61,478 bases of DNA, from positions 1 to 61,478 of the forward strand of contig CAYXPQ010000004.1 in the NCBI GenBank assembly GCA_964467225.1, read 5' to 3'. Of this stretch, positions 27,236-36,759 are shown one piece after another (position 1 is the stretch's first letter; the number at the start of each line of letters is the position of its first letter). Below the pieces are notes generated by a model, which saw nothing but the letters and a program-made list of their open reading frames with translations, ran no database searches and was not told the DNA's origin. Position numbers and translations under genes: made by a program. Source of the DNA: an uncultured Candidatus Saccharibacteria bacterium. Its GTDB lineage: Bacteria > Patescibacteriota > Minisyncoccia > Phycocordibacterales > PALSA-1337.

Positions 27236-28585
27236 TCAAATTATTTTTTCAATAAAATCTACATTTCTTCTATAACTTTTGCCATCTTTAAAATAAATAA
27301 AATCATTAAACACTTTATCTCTTTGACTCTTTAGTGAATTAGGGTTCTTTAAACATTTATTTACATCTTCAACTAGAAGATCAAAACTCTTTGGTAGAAA
27401 TACAGCTCCAGCATCAATAATCGGCTTATAATGTCTAAATGTATAACCCCTATGATATTTGTCAGGATAATTTATATTTACAACTGTCTTATCAAAAATA
27501 AATGATTCAAGGGTCATTGTAGAAAGATAATTTATTGAAACATCGCAGTACTTCAATGTCCATTTTAGATTTTGTATATCCTCTTCATGAATTTCAATAT
27601 TTGTACCCATTTCTTTTGAAAGTAATTTGCCGGGATACTCAACATGAAGGCCTTTTATATCGCTATCTAAATATGTTTTAAACTTATAAAATTCTTCTTT
27701 TGGATGCATACGAACAAGAATATTTGGTGTACCATTGAATCTTCCCTGATCACGAGCTTTTAGTAATTCACCGAGCAGAACATCTTCGTCTGGATAATTA
27801 CCCTTGGTTACAGTAGTTATAAGTATTGTCTTCTCATTTGGATTCAATCCTTTACTTATTAGAAATTCTTCTCGCGTAACTTCTTTCTCACTCTTAGTAA
27901 AATAAGCATCGAATCTCATTGTTCCAGAAACAAAAACTTTATCGGGTGAATATCCATATTCTTTAATTGCGGTATTTTTGATTATATTATTCCAAACAAT
28001 CAAATAGTCAGGTCTTCGGAAATGCATACCGCCATTATGAAGATTATCCCAACTAAAATTGATTGCCGCTGTCTTCAAGCCCGCTTTCTTGGAAAGAATA
28101 ATAGCTTCAGCATCGAAATGATTGAATCCTGGTGTAGCAGTAATAACAAGATCTGGCTTATATAATTTTATCTTTTCATAATATAAAGCAGACTTAGGAG
28201 CAAAAATTAACTCTAATTTTGTAAACAAATCATTGGTCCAGAATGATTGGGGTGCAATATAAGAAATAAATCTAAGCAGTCTTCTTCTCCAGTCTTTCAT
28301 ACCCTTTTCTCTGTTTCTAACTATAACAGGTTCAAAATCATATTTCCTTATCAAAGAATAACGGAAATATTTACCAAAAAGATTCCAGAATTTTGGCGAT
28401 TGAATATTCCAGGGTATATAAGTTATATTCTCGGACTTATAATATGGCTTATTGTCTTCACAGAATGCCTGAGGAGGTATGAAAATTATAACTCTGTATT
28501 TACTTGAAAGATATTTGATATAATCCGTACGCAAAAAATCTGATGAATAAACAAAGTTGGAGACAAACAGGAATATTGTTTTCAT
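27236..28585 (-). CDS. TagB/TagF-like GT-B protein, paralog 3
   Basis: 449 aa. Motifs WDNLHNGG, VWNNIIKNTAIKEY, ILVRMHPKE and FKDGKSYRRNVDFI. Confidence 0.5.
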   Translation of the reverse strand: MKTIFLFVSNFVYSSDFLRTDYIKYLSSKYRVIIFIPPQAFCEDNKPYYKSENITYIPWNIQSPKFWNLFGKYFRYSLIRKYDFEPVIVRNREKGMKDWRRRLLRFISYIAPQSFWTNDLFTKLELIFAPKSALYYEKIKLYKPDLVITATPGFNHFDAEAIILSKKAGLKTAAINFSWDNLHNGGMHFRRPDYLIVWNNIIKNTAIKEYGYSPDKVFVSGTMRFDAYFTKSEKEVTREEFLISKGLNPNEKTILITTVTKGNYPDEDVLLGELLKARDQGRFNGTPNILVRMHPKEEFYKFKTYLDSDIKGLHVEYPGKLLSKEMGTNIEIHEEDIQNLKWTLKYCDVSINYLSTMTLESFIFDKTVVNINYPDKYHRGYTFRHYKPIIDAGAVFLPKSFDLLVEDVNKCLKNPNSLKSQRDKVFNDFIYFKDGKSYRRNVDFIEKII

Positions 28586-28622
28586 AGGAAGGCATTATAG
28601 CATATATGCTACAATTATAAAT

Positions 28623-29732
28623 ATGATAAAAAAGATACCTTTTTTGATTCTAATAATGATTACTTGGGTTTTATACCCTATTATTATTTTATTATCTAAG
28701 AAAAAAATAAATACAAAACAAAAAAGAGTACTTTTTATTCCTCAATACAGTCGCATTGGCGATATAGTATGCTCAACCCCAGTAGTATATAACATCAAGA
28801 AGCATTATCCCAACAGTTATATTGTTGCTCTAATATCTAGAAAGGCTTTGGGTATATTAAAAAACAATACAAGGATTGATAAAATAGTATTACTTGAAGA
28901 TTATTCTGTGTGGGGATTAATAAATGCAATTCGAAAAGAAAATTTGAACTGGTCAATAAATCTTTCTGCGACATCAGTGAATACTTGCATAGCTTTATGG
29001 AGTTTAATACCGAATAGAATCAAGACAATTGTGGAAACTCCACCAATTACCGAGAGACTCACAGACTGGATGTCCAACTATAAATTGTTATATAGGGATC
29101 ATACATTCCTGCCACAACATCATATAAACCTTTTGAAATTTATAGATATAGACAATCCAGAATTAAAAAAAGAAGTATATACCACCGAACAAACTGAGAA
29201 TAAAGCAATAACTTGGAGAAACGCATTGCCAAATAATCACAAAATTATTGGCATAAGTATAAGTGCTGGAAATAAGATAAAAGAATTAGGTGATGATAAA
29301 TTTGAAATATTAATCAAAAAAATATTAGATGATGCTAATAATGAAGTAGTAATAATAGGTTCAAAAGCAGACAAACAGAGAATTGATGAATTGGTCAAAA
29401 AAGTTAATAATCCTAGATGTACAGAAGCCACAAATTTTAATTTGGAAGAATTACCTTCTCTAATGAAAAAATTTGATCTTTATATTGCAGTTGACACAGG
29501 TCCAATATACATAGCTCACTCATTAGGCATACCACTTATAGATATAATCGGCCCAGTAGATCCGAGAGAACAACCACCAAAAGACTCTAAGAGTATACAA
29601 GTATTAGCTAGAAATAACATACAACCATCATCATTCGTATTTAAAAGAAGAGGCTCTCCAGAACAAATCAAGATGGCATTAGACAATACACATATTGATG
29701 ATATTTACACTGCAATTAGGCAAATCTTCTAA
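28623..29732 (+). CDS. Glycosyltransferase family 9 (heptosyltransferase-like)
   Basis: RVLFIPQYSRIGDIVCSTPVVYNIKKHYP and VDTGPIYIAHSLGIPLIDIIGP are GT9 signatures. I prefer the ATG at 28623 (MIKKIPF) over the track start at 28557, which overlaps the divergent TagF-like gene. Confidence 0.7.
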   Translation: MIKKIPFLILIMITWVLYPIIILLSKKKINTKQKRVLFIPQYSRIGDIVCSTPVVYNIKKHYPNSYIVALISRKALGILKNNTRIDKIVLLEDYSVWGLINAIRKENLNWSINLSATSVNTCIALWSLIPNRIKTIVETPPITERLTDWMSNYKLLYRDHTFLPQHHINLLKFIDIDNPELKKEVYTTEQTENKAITWRNALPNNHKIIGISISAGNKIKELGDDKFEILIKKILDDANNEVVIIGSKADKQRIDELVKKVNNPRCTEATNFNLEELPSLMKKFDLYIAVDTGPIYIAHSLGIPLIDIIGPVDPREQPPKDSKSIQVLARNNIQPSSFVFKRRGSPEQIKMALDNTHIDDIYTAIRQIF

Positions 29733-31092
29733 ACCAATTTCCAATAATTGACAGTGCTTTCTTTAGAATTATCTTATCCTCCTCCTTGAAACCAAATATA
29801 ATATCAAAATCAAAATGGAAACCTTTGTTTTCATTTCTTGTATATTGATAGTATGCAATAGTCATTAGAATAGGTATCAGTACGAACTCAATAGCTAACC
29901 CCCACAAACCAATGAAAGGTATTGTGCAAAGTATTACAAACAATGTGACAATACTTCTAAAAAGATGTAGGGCAAATAAGTATTTCTGTCTCCTCAAAGC
30001 AATAATATAATTTCCAATGATTATTCCTGAAGCAAATATTGGTAGATTGATGGCCATCAAATAGAATAATGACAATGACTCATTGTACTTAGTAAAGAAA
30101 GTATGAATTACTGGTGGCACTATTATATATGCTCCTATCATAATAATAAGTCCAGTTAAAAAGAAATATTTGACCCCGTAAGAAAACATTTTGGTGGAAA
30201 GATCTTTATCTTTGACCCATGATGGAACTATTGATTGTATGGTACTACTTGGCAACACATCTTGTAGGGTAGTAACTATAGTCTCTGCAATAGAGAAAAT
30301 AGCAACTGCTTCAGTACTAATAAACAACTTAATCAACCATGGCTTAACTCTGAATGTTATCTTGTTTATAAACTGCCTTAGAACTTCCCAGCTTCCAAGA
30401 TTTACAAATACTTTCCACAATAAGACTTGCTTGGTAGCGATCACATTATTCCATTTCATATATACACTTACTGTTTTGAATAGAACAATGATTACACTCA
30501 AACTCGAAGCAATAACTATTGACCAGATCATTTGTTTCAATCCCAAATCACCTTGGAAAAAATAATAAATAAGTATCAAAGACTGGATGAATTTATTTAA
30601 TGAGGCTCGCAAAGCTATAGTTGAGAATTCAAATTTAACTAGGCATAGATTTCTAATAATCATGAACAATCCTTCACTCAAGAAAATGAAAGAAATAACT
30701 CTCATATCCTTCACAAAATCAATATCATAACTACTAAAGAAATATGTAGCACCAAAAAACACTACTGCCCAAGTCAATATCATTATTGCAAACCTAACAA
30801 TTGAGTATTCAATAAATATTCTCTTAGCATCTGAGTCCCTTTTCTCTGCGATTGCCCTAGACATTTCATTTGTAATAACCCCAGATCCCAATCCCAGAAA
30901 GTCTGATGAAATACCAGCGAAAGAAAGCAGGAGTTGAAAGACTCCATACTGATAAAGAGTCAATGATGTTATTGTTAAGAATGTATTTAACAATCCAATT
31001 CCCTTTGTAATGAAATTCCAGAAAGCGGAGACTGCTTCCCCCTTTAGAAAAACTGACAATAACGATGGGGATTTATGAGCTTGTATAGACAT
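29716..31092 (-). CDS. Wzx-like polysaccharide flippase (MOP superfamily)
   Basis: 458 aa with about 12-14 TM helices and no soluble domain. The position inside a glycan locus supports the call. Confidence 0.7.
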   Translation of the reverse strand: MSIQAHKSPSLLSVFLKGEAVSAFWNFITKGIGLLNTFLTITSLTLYQYGVFQLLLSFAGISSDFLGLGSGVITNEMSRAIAEKRDSDAKRIFIEYSIVRFAIMILTWAVVFFGATYFFSSYDIDFVKDMRVISFIFLSEGLFMIIRNLCLVKFEFSTIALRASLNKFIQSLILIYYFFQGDLGLKQMIWSIVIASSLSVIIVLFKTVSVYMKWNNVIATKQVLLWKVFVNLGSWEVLRQFINKITFRVKPWLIKLFISTEAVAIFSIAETIVTTLQDVLPSSTIQSIVPSWVKDKDLSTKMFSYGVKYFFLTGLIIMIGAYIIVPPVIHTFFTKYNESLSLFYLMAINLPIFASGIIIGNYIIALRRQKYLFALHLFRSIVTLFVILCTIPFIGLWGLAIEFVLIPILMTIAYYQYTRNENKGFHFDFDIIFGFKEEDKIILKKALSIIGNWFRRFA

Positions 31093-31142
31093 ATAGTATT
31101 ATGTACTATTATCTTACTTAAATTACACAATATTTCAAGGTT

Positions 31143-32507
31143 ATGAAAAACATTTTAAAAAAGCCGTTTCTGCTAATTTTCTTAATAATCGTAATTGTAA
31201 ATATATCTTATGCATTGATTTACAATATAAAACCTGCAGTAGATGCAGAAGCATACGATGAAATAGCACTAAATATTGTGAATCATGGACAGTATAGAGC
31301 GAATCTCACCACACCAATAGAGATGGATGGATCGATCACACGTATAGGTCCAGGATATGAATATTTCCTTGCAGGAAATTATATGATATTCGGCAGGCAT
31401 CTTTGGATTATTTGGTCTATACAAGCAATTCTGTTTGCTTTCACAATATTGATGTTAGGATCAATCACTCTACGTTTGTTTCCAGAAATAAATAAAAAAA
31501 TAGTTTATGGGGTAATGATTTTATTTGGAATAATAATTGATATTATTCAATTAAATGGAATGCTAATGACAGAGTCGCTGTTTCTATTTACTCTAGCATT
31601 ATGTTTGTATTATTTCTCAAATATATACGAGAATAATAAATGGTATTCATGGATTATCTTAGGAATATTACTTGGTACACTTACTCTCATTAGGCCAACA
31701 GGACTAATTATTTTTATTTTCTTGTCAGCAGTAACTTTATTTAAGTATAAGAAAAAGGGGGTGCTATATATCACCTTAATAGGATTAATGTTTGTGATAG
31801 TGCAATTACCTTGGGTAATAAGAAATTACAATATATTTGGCAAAATTATTTTCCACACAACTGCTGATGGAATGAATCTTCTAAGTGGTAACTATCCAGG
31901 TAATCATGGAGAATTCAATGCTGATTTCCCTCTTTTCAAAGAATTGAAAGAGAAATATTCATACCCAATAAACTTTAATTCAGCTGCGAAAGCTTGGTAT
32001 AGAAATTTTGTAATAGAACATCCAATCCAAGCAACTGGTGTACTAGTTGAGAAAGCCGCTGTTCTATTCTCCCTAGCTAAGACTTCTGGATTCTGGTTTC
32101 ATTATTTTGGTAGATACGATCAAATACTTACAATTCTAATTTCTATTATTCAGAACTTTATAATACTAACAGGTATAGTAATATATTTATTAATTTTATT
32201 TAATAAAATAAAAAATAGAACCATAAATAAAAAAGAAATATTTATACTCTTAACTTTCTTAATTCTAATAGCAACACCAATTCTTACAGTAATTGCGAAT
32301 CGACATAGATTGCCTCTGACAATAATGTCATTGCCGGTAATTGTCTGGACAATAAATTATATGATTACAAATTATAGAACTCAATATAAAAAAATATTAT
32401 TGGCTATACTAATAGTAATTATAAGCACAAGTATAGATTTGTATTTGCAATTTGATAAATTCAAATCAAGATTACAAAGAGTAGATAAAATAGAACAAAA
32501 TGCTTAA
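31143..32507 (+). CDS. GT-C glycosyltransferase (ArnT/PMT_2, GT39/GT83-like)
   Basis: 454 aa and polytopic. The first extracytoplasmic loop AVDAEAYDEIALNIVNHGQYR carries the acidic DxE-type motif typical of this family. Confidence 0.65.
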   Translation: MKNILKKPFLLIFLIIVIVNISYALIYNIKPAVDAEAYDEIALNIVNHGQYRANLTTPIEMDGSITRIGPGYEYFLAGNYMIFGRHLWIIWSIQAILFAFTILMLGSITLRLFPEINKKIVYGVMILFGIIIDIIQLNGMLMTESLFLFTLALCLYYFSNIYENNKWYSWIILGILLGTLTLIRPTGLIIFIFLSAVTLFKYKKKGVLYITLIGLMFVIVQLPWVIRNYNIFGKIIFHTTADGMNLLSGNYPGNHGEFNADFPLFKELKEKYSYPINFNSAAKAWYRNFVIEHPIQATGVLVEKAAVLFSLAKTSGFWFHYFGRYDQILTILISIIQNFIILTGIVIYLLILFNKIKNRTINKKEIFILLTFLILIATPILTVIANRHRLPLTIMSLPVIVWTINYMITNYRTQYKKILLAILIVIISTSIDLYLQFDKFKSRLQRVDKIEQNA

Positions 32508-34161
32508 AAGAATAATCAAACATCCATTAACTTATATATTACTATTTTCTGCAATTATAAGATTGGCAATGATCAAATATGGATTACCATTCTGGCTATA
32601 CAATGATGAACCGCCATTTGTACTTGCAACCCTCAAAATGATGCAATTAAAAACTGTTTTACCAGTATTACATGAAGAAGCCTTCAAACCCTTTTTCTAT
32701 TATCCTCCATACATTTCTTATTTATTCTTACCATTCTTTATTTTAGTAATTGGAGTCAAATTTATTTTTTTCTCTGGATCATTGAATGATTTACAAACTG
32801 TTATTGCATCTGATCCATCTATTTTATTTTTGACTGCAAGAATTATCACAATAGTTTTAAGTTTAATAACTATTTATTTGGTTTACAAAATATCACTTAA
32901 TTTAATTAAAAATAAAACTTCTGCATATTTCTCAGCTTTAATATTTGCTACAAGTTTGATGCATATTTCCTTATCTATCACAGGCAAGCACTGGATGCCA
33001 ATACTTCTATTCTCTACCATAGGTCTTTATGTATTAACAAAAGAAAATTGGTCTTTGAACAAAAGATTTTATATATCTGCTGTGATAGTGGGTATAGGAA
33101 CAGGAATAAGTACTATTGTCATATTATTCTCTTTTATTATGATCTTTTGGTATATATTCTATGAGAAAAAGTCTATTTTAAAAATGTTCATTGACCCAAT
33201 GATGTACAAGGTGGCCTTGATAATAATCGCCCTTTTCTTTATTCCTGTTGCACTTTATCCAGCCAGCTTGGGCTTCGCTCCTGACATGACATTGCATGAC
33301 AGCAAATCCATAGTTGGATATATAACAAGTCCATTTATTTTCCCTGCTTTATTTCTAAAAACTGAACCTATATTGTCAGCCCTATTTTTGATCGGATTAA
33401 TATTCAGTATAAAAAGAAATAGAAATTTCTATTTAACAACTATACTATTTATTATTGCTTACAGTTTGGTATTTTATATTTTCTTTAGATTTGAATATAG
33501 ATTCCTCTTGCCTTTATTACTACCTCTAACTTTAGGTGCAAGTTATGGAATCAAAGAAATAGTTGAAAGATTATCAATAAAAAATTCAAGAATAATTCTT
33601 TGTATTATTGTAATTATACTTATAACATTCTCAGTCAGAATAAGTATATTAGGTTCTAGAAATGACAGTAGAGTAATTGCAAAAAACTGGCTAGAACAAA
33701 ATACTAAACCTGAAGACAAGGTTATAGTATATGCCAATCTAATGAGATTACCGACAACCAGATCAAATATTATTGAGCAAGAATTTATCGATCCAACTTC
33801 ATTACGGACAAATGATAAAAATGAAAAGGAAATAAAATCTGAATTAAGAAATTATAGAGTTTTCAATGCTTTGAATTTATACAATGTAAAAAATGAGAAT
33901 TTATATAATAATATAGTTGGCTATGCAAAAAAGAATAATTATTCTTACCTAGTAATATCAAAATTAGATTTTTTAAATAATCCAGAACAACTTTCAAAAG
34001 TAAAAGAGTTAACAAAAAATGCACAATTAGTAGCAAAATTCGGTAATAATGAAAGCAGCTATTCTTTGTCAAAAACAGAAATTGGCCCCACTCTAAAACC
34101 CTTATTTTCTATAACTGAATTCGGCCCTGAGATTGAGATTTATAAATTATTGCTTAATTAG
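32500..34161 (+). CDS. Second GT-C glycosyltransferase (ArnT/PMT_2-like) with a C-terminal soluble domain
   Basis: 553 aa. PFWLYNDEPPFVLAT lies in loop 1. About 11 TM helices are followed by a soluble tail of about 170 aa. The start overlaps the previous gene by 8 nt. Confidence 0.65.
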   Translation: MLKRIIKHPLTYILLFSAIIRLAMIKYGLPFWLYNDEPPFVLATLKMMQLKTVLPVLHEEAFKPFFYYPPYISYLFLPFFILVIGVKFIFFSGSLNDLQTVIASDPSILFLTARIITIVLSLITIYLVYKISLNLIKNKTSAYFSALIFATSLMHISLSITGKHWMPILLFSTIGLYVLTKENWSLNKRFYISAVIVGIGTGISTIVILFSFIMIFWYIFYEKKSILKMFIDPMMYKVALIIIALFFIPVALYPASLGFAPDMTLHDSKSIVGYITSPFIFPALFLKTEPILSALFLIGLIFSIKRNRNFYLTTILFIIAYSLVFYIFFRFEYRFLLPLLLPLTLGASYGIKEIVERLSIKNSRIILCIIVIILITFSVRISILGSRNDSRVIAKNWLEQNTKPEDKVIVYANLMRLPTTRSNIIEQEFIDPTSLRTNDKNEKEIKSELRNYRVFNALNLYNVKNENLYNNIVGYAKKNNYSYLVISKLDFLNNPEQLSKVKELTKNAQLVAKFGNNESSYSLSKTEIGPTLKPLFSITEFGPEIEIYKLLLN

Positions 34162-34827
34162 AACGCATTGGCCAACTGTTGTGATAATAACTTTCTCTGG
34201 TTTGTCAGATAAGAACTCATCAATTGCTATTTTAACTCCAGGAGTATTCTTGCCCATATAATCATCAAACATCATAAATCCACCTTGAAGCATTCTAGGA
34301 TAAAAGAAGATCAAAGAGTCCAAAACTGATTGATAAATATCTACATCAATGTATACAAAAGAGAATTTGTCATTCCTTGCTGGATCTGATGTATCAGGGA
34401 AAATTCCTGGGCAAAATATTGTATCCTTATCGCCAGAAAAAATAGATTTTACTGATTCTAAAGATGTATCAATAAAATCTCCCTCTTTATGCAAATCAAT
34501 ATTTTCATTTACCTTAGGCATACCTTGGAAAGTGTCAAAAATATAGAATGCATGACCATTGCCCTCTTTAGCATAGTCAACCAATCTAGCAGAACCTCCT
34601 CTAAATACTCCTACTTGTGCCATAGATCCATTAAACGGACGTGCTAGCTTAGCGAATTGCCAAATCATAAACAACCTATCACGATCCAGCATAGTGTATG
34701 GCTTAACTTTAATATAATTACTTTCAAAATCTGCATCATTAGCCCAAGCGACAAAATCCAATCTGACATTATTTCTATTTAATGTATATCCAAACTTATT
34801 AAAGATTTTCTTTATTAAATTTTTCAT
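34147..34827 (-). CDS. TylF/macrocin-O-methyltransferase-family methyltransferase
   Basis: 226 aa. Motifs GVFRGGSARL, FDTFQGMP, YIDVDIYQS and MFDDY fit the TylF family. Confidence 0.75.
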   Translation of the reverse strand: MKNLIKKIFNKFGYTLNRNNVRLDFVAWANDADFESNYIKVKPYTMLDRDRLFMIWQFAKLARPFNGSMAQVGVFRGGSARLVDYAKEGNGHAFYIFDTFQGMPKVNENIDLHKEGDFIDTSLESVKSIFSGDKDTIFCPGIFPDTSDPARNDKFSFVYIDVDIYQSVLDSLIFFYPRMLQGGFMMFDDYMGKNTPGVKIAIDEFLSDKPEKVIITTVGQCVLIKQ

Positions 34828-34832
34828 ATTAT

Positions 34833-35426
34833 TTATTTAATAGCGTACAAATAATAACCATAAGTTGTTGTTCTCTTCTCCGTTCTAAATATTTTATCCA
34901 AGGCAGTAGCAAGTGGATGTAGAATAAATTTTAACTTGTGTTGCATTGGGAAAAAGAAAGATAGAGCTTTGAAATACCCCCCAGCTTTGATTAATTCAAC
35001 CTTAGAGAATCCTTCAAACATAAACATCAATGAATCATCAAAGAATCTCCAATAATCTGGATAATACCCCTTGCGCGCATGATACGGATAAATAGAAGGA
35101 ACATATAGAAATAGCTTACCATTAGGTTTTAATACCCTTTTTAGCTCCAAAACTGCCCTAATAGGGTCCTTAACATGCTCCAATACTGAACTACATATTA
35201 TGGCATCTACAGCATTATCCTGAAGAGGAATAGCGTGTATATCTCCTATTACATCTGCTCCTGTCTTGGCATCATAATCCATAGTCTTATAGTCACAATT
35301 TTTAAATAATTCTTTGTAAGGCAAAAGCCATTTTTGGAAACGATCTCCACCACCTATATCTAGAACAACTTTTTCTTTACTAATTAGGACCATCTTTTCA
35401 TCGATGAATTTTTGATAGGATGTCAT
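34833..35426 (-). CDS. Class I SAM-dependent methyltransferase (Methyltransf_11-like)
   Basis: 197 aa. Motifs VLDIGGGDR, AVDAIICSSVLEHV and LKPNGKLFL. Confidence 0.75.
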   Translation of the reverse strand: MTSYQKFIDEKMVLISKEKVVLDIGGGDRFQKWLLPYKELFKNCDYKTMDYDAKTGADVIGDIHAIPLQDNAVDAIICSSVLEHVKDPIRAVLELKRVLKPNGKLFLYVPSIYPYHARKGYYPDYWRFFDDSLMFMFEGFSKVELIKAGGYFKALSFFFPMQHKLKFILHPLATALDKIFRTEKRTTTYGYYLYAIK

Positions 35427-35438
35427 TTTTTGCTTTTT

Positions 35439-35447
35439 TGTTATAAT
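35439..35447 (+). promoter_or_regulatory. Extended -10 element TGtTATAAT, 14 nt upstream of the GT2 start codon
   Basis: Read directly. No SD-like box lies between it and the ATG at 35462. Confidence 0.45.
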
Positions 35448-35461
35448 GTCACAATTATACG

Positions 35462-36142
35462 ATGAAAACGCTATCTATCATAATTCCCTGCTACAACGAA
35501 AAGAATACAATTGAGGCTTTATTATCCAAGGTTTCAGATCTTAATATACCCAATTGGGATATAGAAATCATAATAATTGATGATGGATCAAAAGATGGAA
35601 CAAGAGATATCCTCAATAAATATAAAAATAAACACAAAGTCATATTCCATGAAAAAAATGGCGGCAAAGGTAGTGCAGTTAAAACTGGAATAACTCACTC
35701 TTCTGGTGATTATCTAATTATTCAAGATGCAGACCTAGAATATGAACCAGCTGAAATAAAATCTCTCGTTGAAGAATTAGAAAAGAATCCTGACAATGTG
35801 ATATATGGATCTAGGAACTTACATCATGTTAAGAGAAAAGGAATGTATATTCCCAGAATTGGTGTATGGTTTGTAACAAAACAGTTTAATTTTCTTTTTA
35901 ATTCTAAACTTACAGACCTTTGGACTTGTTATAAATTATTTCCCAAAGAGGTCTCAGATCAATTTGTTTCAGGAGGTTTTGATTCTGAATTAATTTTCTC
36001 TGCAAGAATAGCCAAAAAAGGTTACAAAATATCTGAAGTTCCAATATCACACAAACCAAGATCAGTTAAAGAAGGTAAAAAAATAAAATATAGAGATGGC
36101 ATCAAAGGCATAATAGTTCTTTTAAAAGAGTTTTTTAGATAA
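35462..36142 (+). CDS. GT2 glycosyltransferase (polyprenyl-phosphate sugar synthase-like)
   Basis: 226 aa. Motifs LSIIIPCYNE, IIIIDDGSKDGT and IIQDADLEY fit the DPM1/GtrB-type GT-A enzymes. Confidence 0.85.
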   Translation: MKTLSIIIPCYNEKNTIEALLSKVSDLNIPNWDIEIIIIDDGSKDGTRDILNKYKNKHKVIFHEKNGGKGSAVKTGITHSSGDYLIIQDADLEYEPAEIKSLVEELEKNPDNVIYGSRNLHHVKRKGMYIPRIGVWFVTKQFNFLFNSKLTDLWTCYKLFPKEVSDQFVSGGFDSELIFSARIAKKGYKISEVPISHKPRSVKEGKKIKYRDGIKGIIVLLKEFFR

Positions 36143-36170
36143 AACAAAACCGGACGGATCCGGTTTGTTG
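36143..36170. terminator. Bidirectional hairpin between the convergent GT2 and DUF218 genes
   Basis: AACCGGA-CGGA-TCCGGTT (36148-36165), extended by A/T-rich flanks (AAAACAAA upstream, TGTTG downstream). Confidence 0.55.
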
Positions 36171-36183
36171 CGATATGTCGGGG

Positions 36184-36738
36184 TTATTGAATCCCCATTT
36201 TCCTTCTACTGATAACTCGATTTTGAAACCATCCCCTAAAACCAGAGAATAACGTATCGAGAATCGGGTACAGGAAGATAAGAATGAAATCAGTGATAGC
36301 CTCCTTGGGTCTAGGTATTCCCCAAACCGGAACAATCTTGATTTTCACTGAATCTCTGTAATCCTTACAAATCCACCTGACTCGTGGATAGTGCAAGAAA
36401 GAGACAAAGAACACCAGCTCTTTATTCTCTTTTCTTGCCAAATTTACAGCGTACTCAATCTGTCCAATAGTTTCTTGGCCTTCGTGTATGACTCTGGGAT
36501 TATTACATCCCATAGACTCTAGGGCCTCAGTATAAATCTCAGCTTCAGATTTTTGTCCAGAAACATGCACAGCGCTGAGAACAAGAATTTCACACTGGTA
36601 GACAAAGTATGAATAGTTAAGCGCAGCTTTAATGCCACAGTACCAATCTTGCCATATTCTCGGGCCGAATCTACCCTTAGCGAAAGGACTTTTTGTTAAT
36701 GGTATTATGATCATATATCTTTCAATACAATACAACAA
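36184..36738 (-). CDS. DUF218/YdcF(ElyC)-like protein
   Basis: 184 aa. VLSAVHVSG, GQETIGQIEYA and FVSFLHYPRVRW resemble the DUF218 core. A counted line has 24/60 G+C, clearly above the neighbours. Confidence 0.55.
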   Translation of the reverse strand: MLYCIERYMIIIPLTKSPFAKGRFGPRIWQDWYCGIKAALNYSYFVYQCEILVLSAVHVSGQKSEAEIYTEALESMGCNNPRVIHEGQETIGQIEYAVNLARKENKELVFFVSFLHYPRVRWICKDYRDSVKIKIVPVWGIPRPKEAITDFILIFLYPILDTLFSGFRGWFQNRVISRRKMGIQ

Positions 36739-36759
36739 TATTAAATAAAAGTAAATAGA

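Noticed and set aside
28557-28622. The N-terminal 22 codons of the track ORF for the GT9 gene (METNRNIVFIGRHYSIYATIIN).
   Set aside because: This stretch overlaps the 5' end of the divergent TagF-like gene. The family-typical sequence starts after the internal ATG at 28623, which has an A/T-rich -10-like element just upstream.
36135-36335. A 66-aa minus-strand ORF overlapping the DUF218 gene and the bidirectional terminator.
   Set aside because: It is in an alternative frame of the higher-GC DUF218 region and includes the terminator hairpin. The 184-aa frame has the recognisable family motifs.
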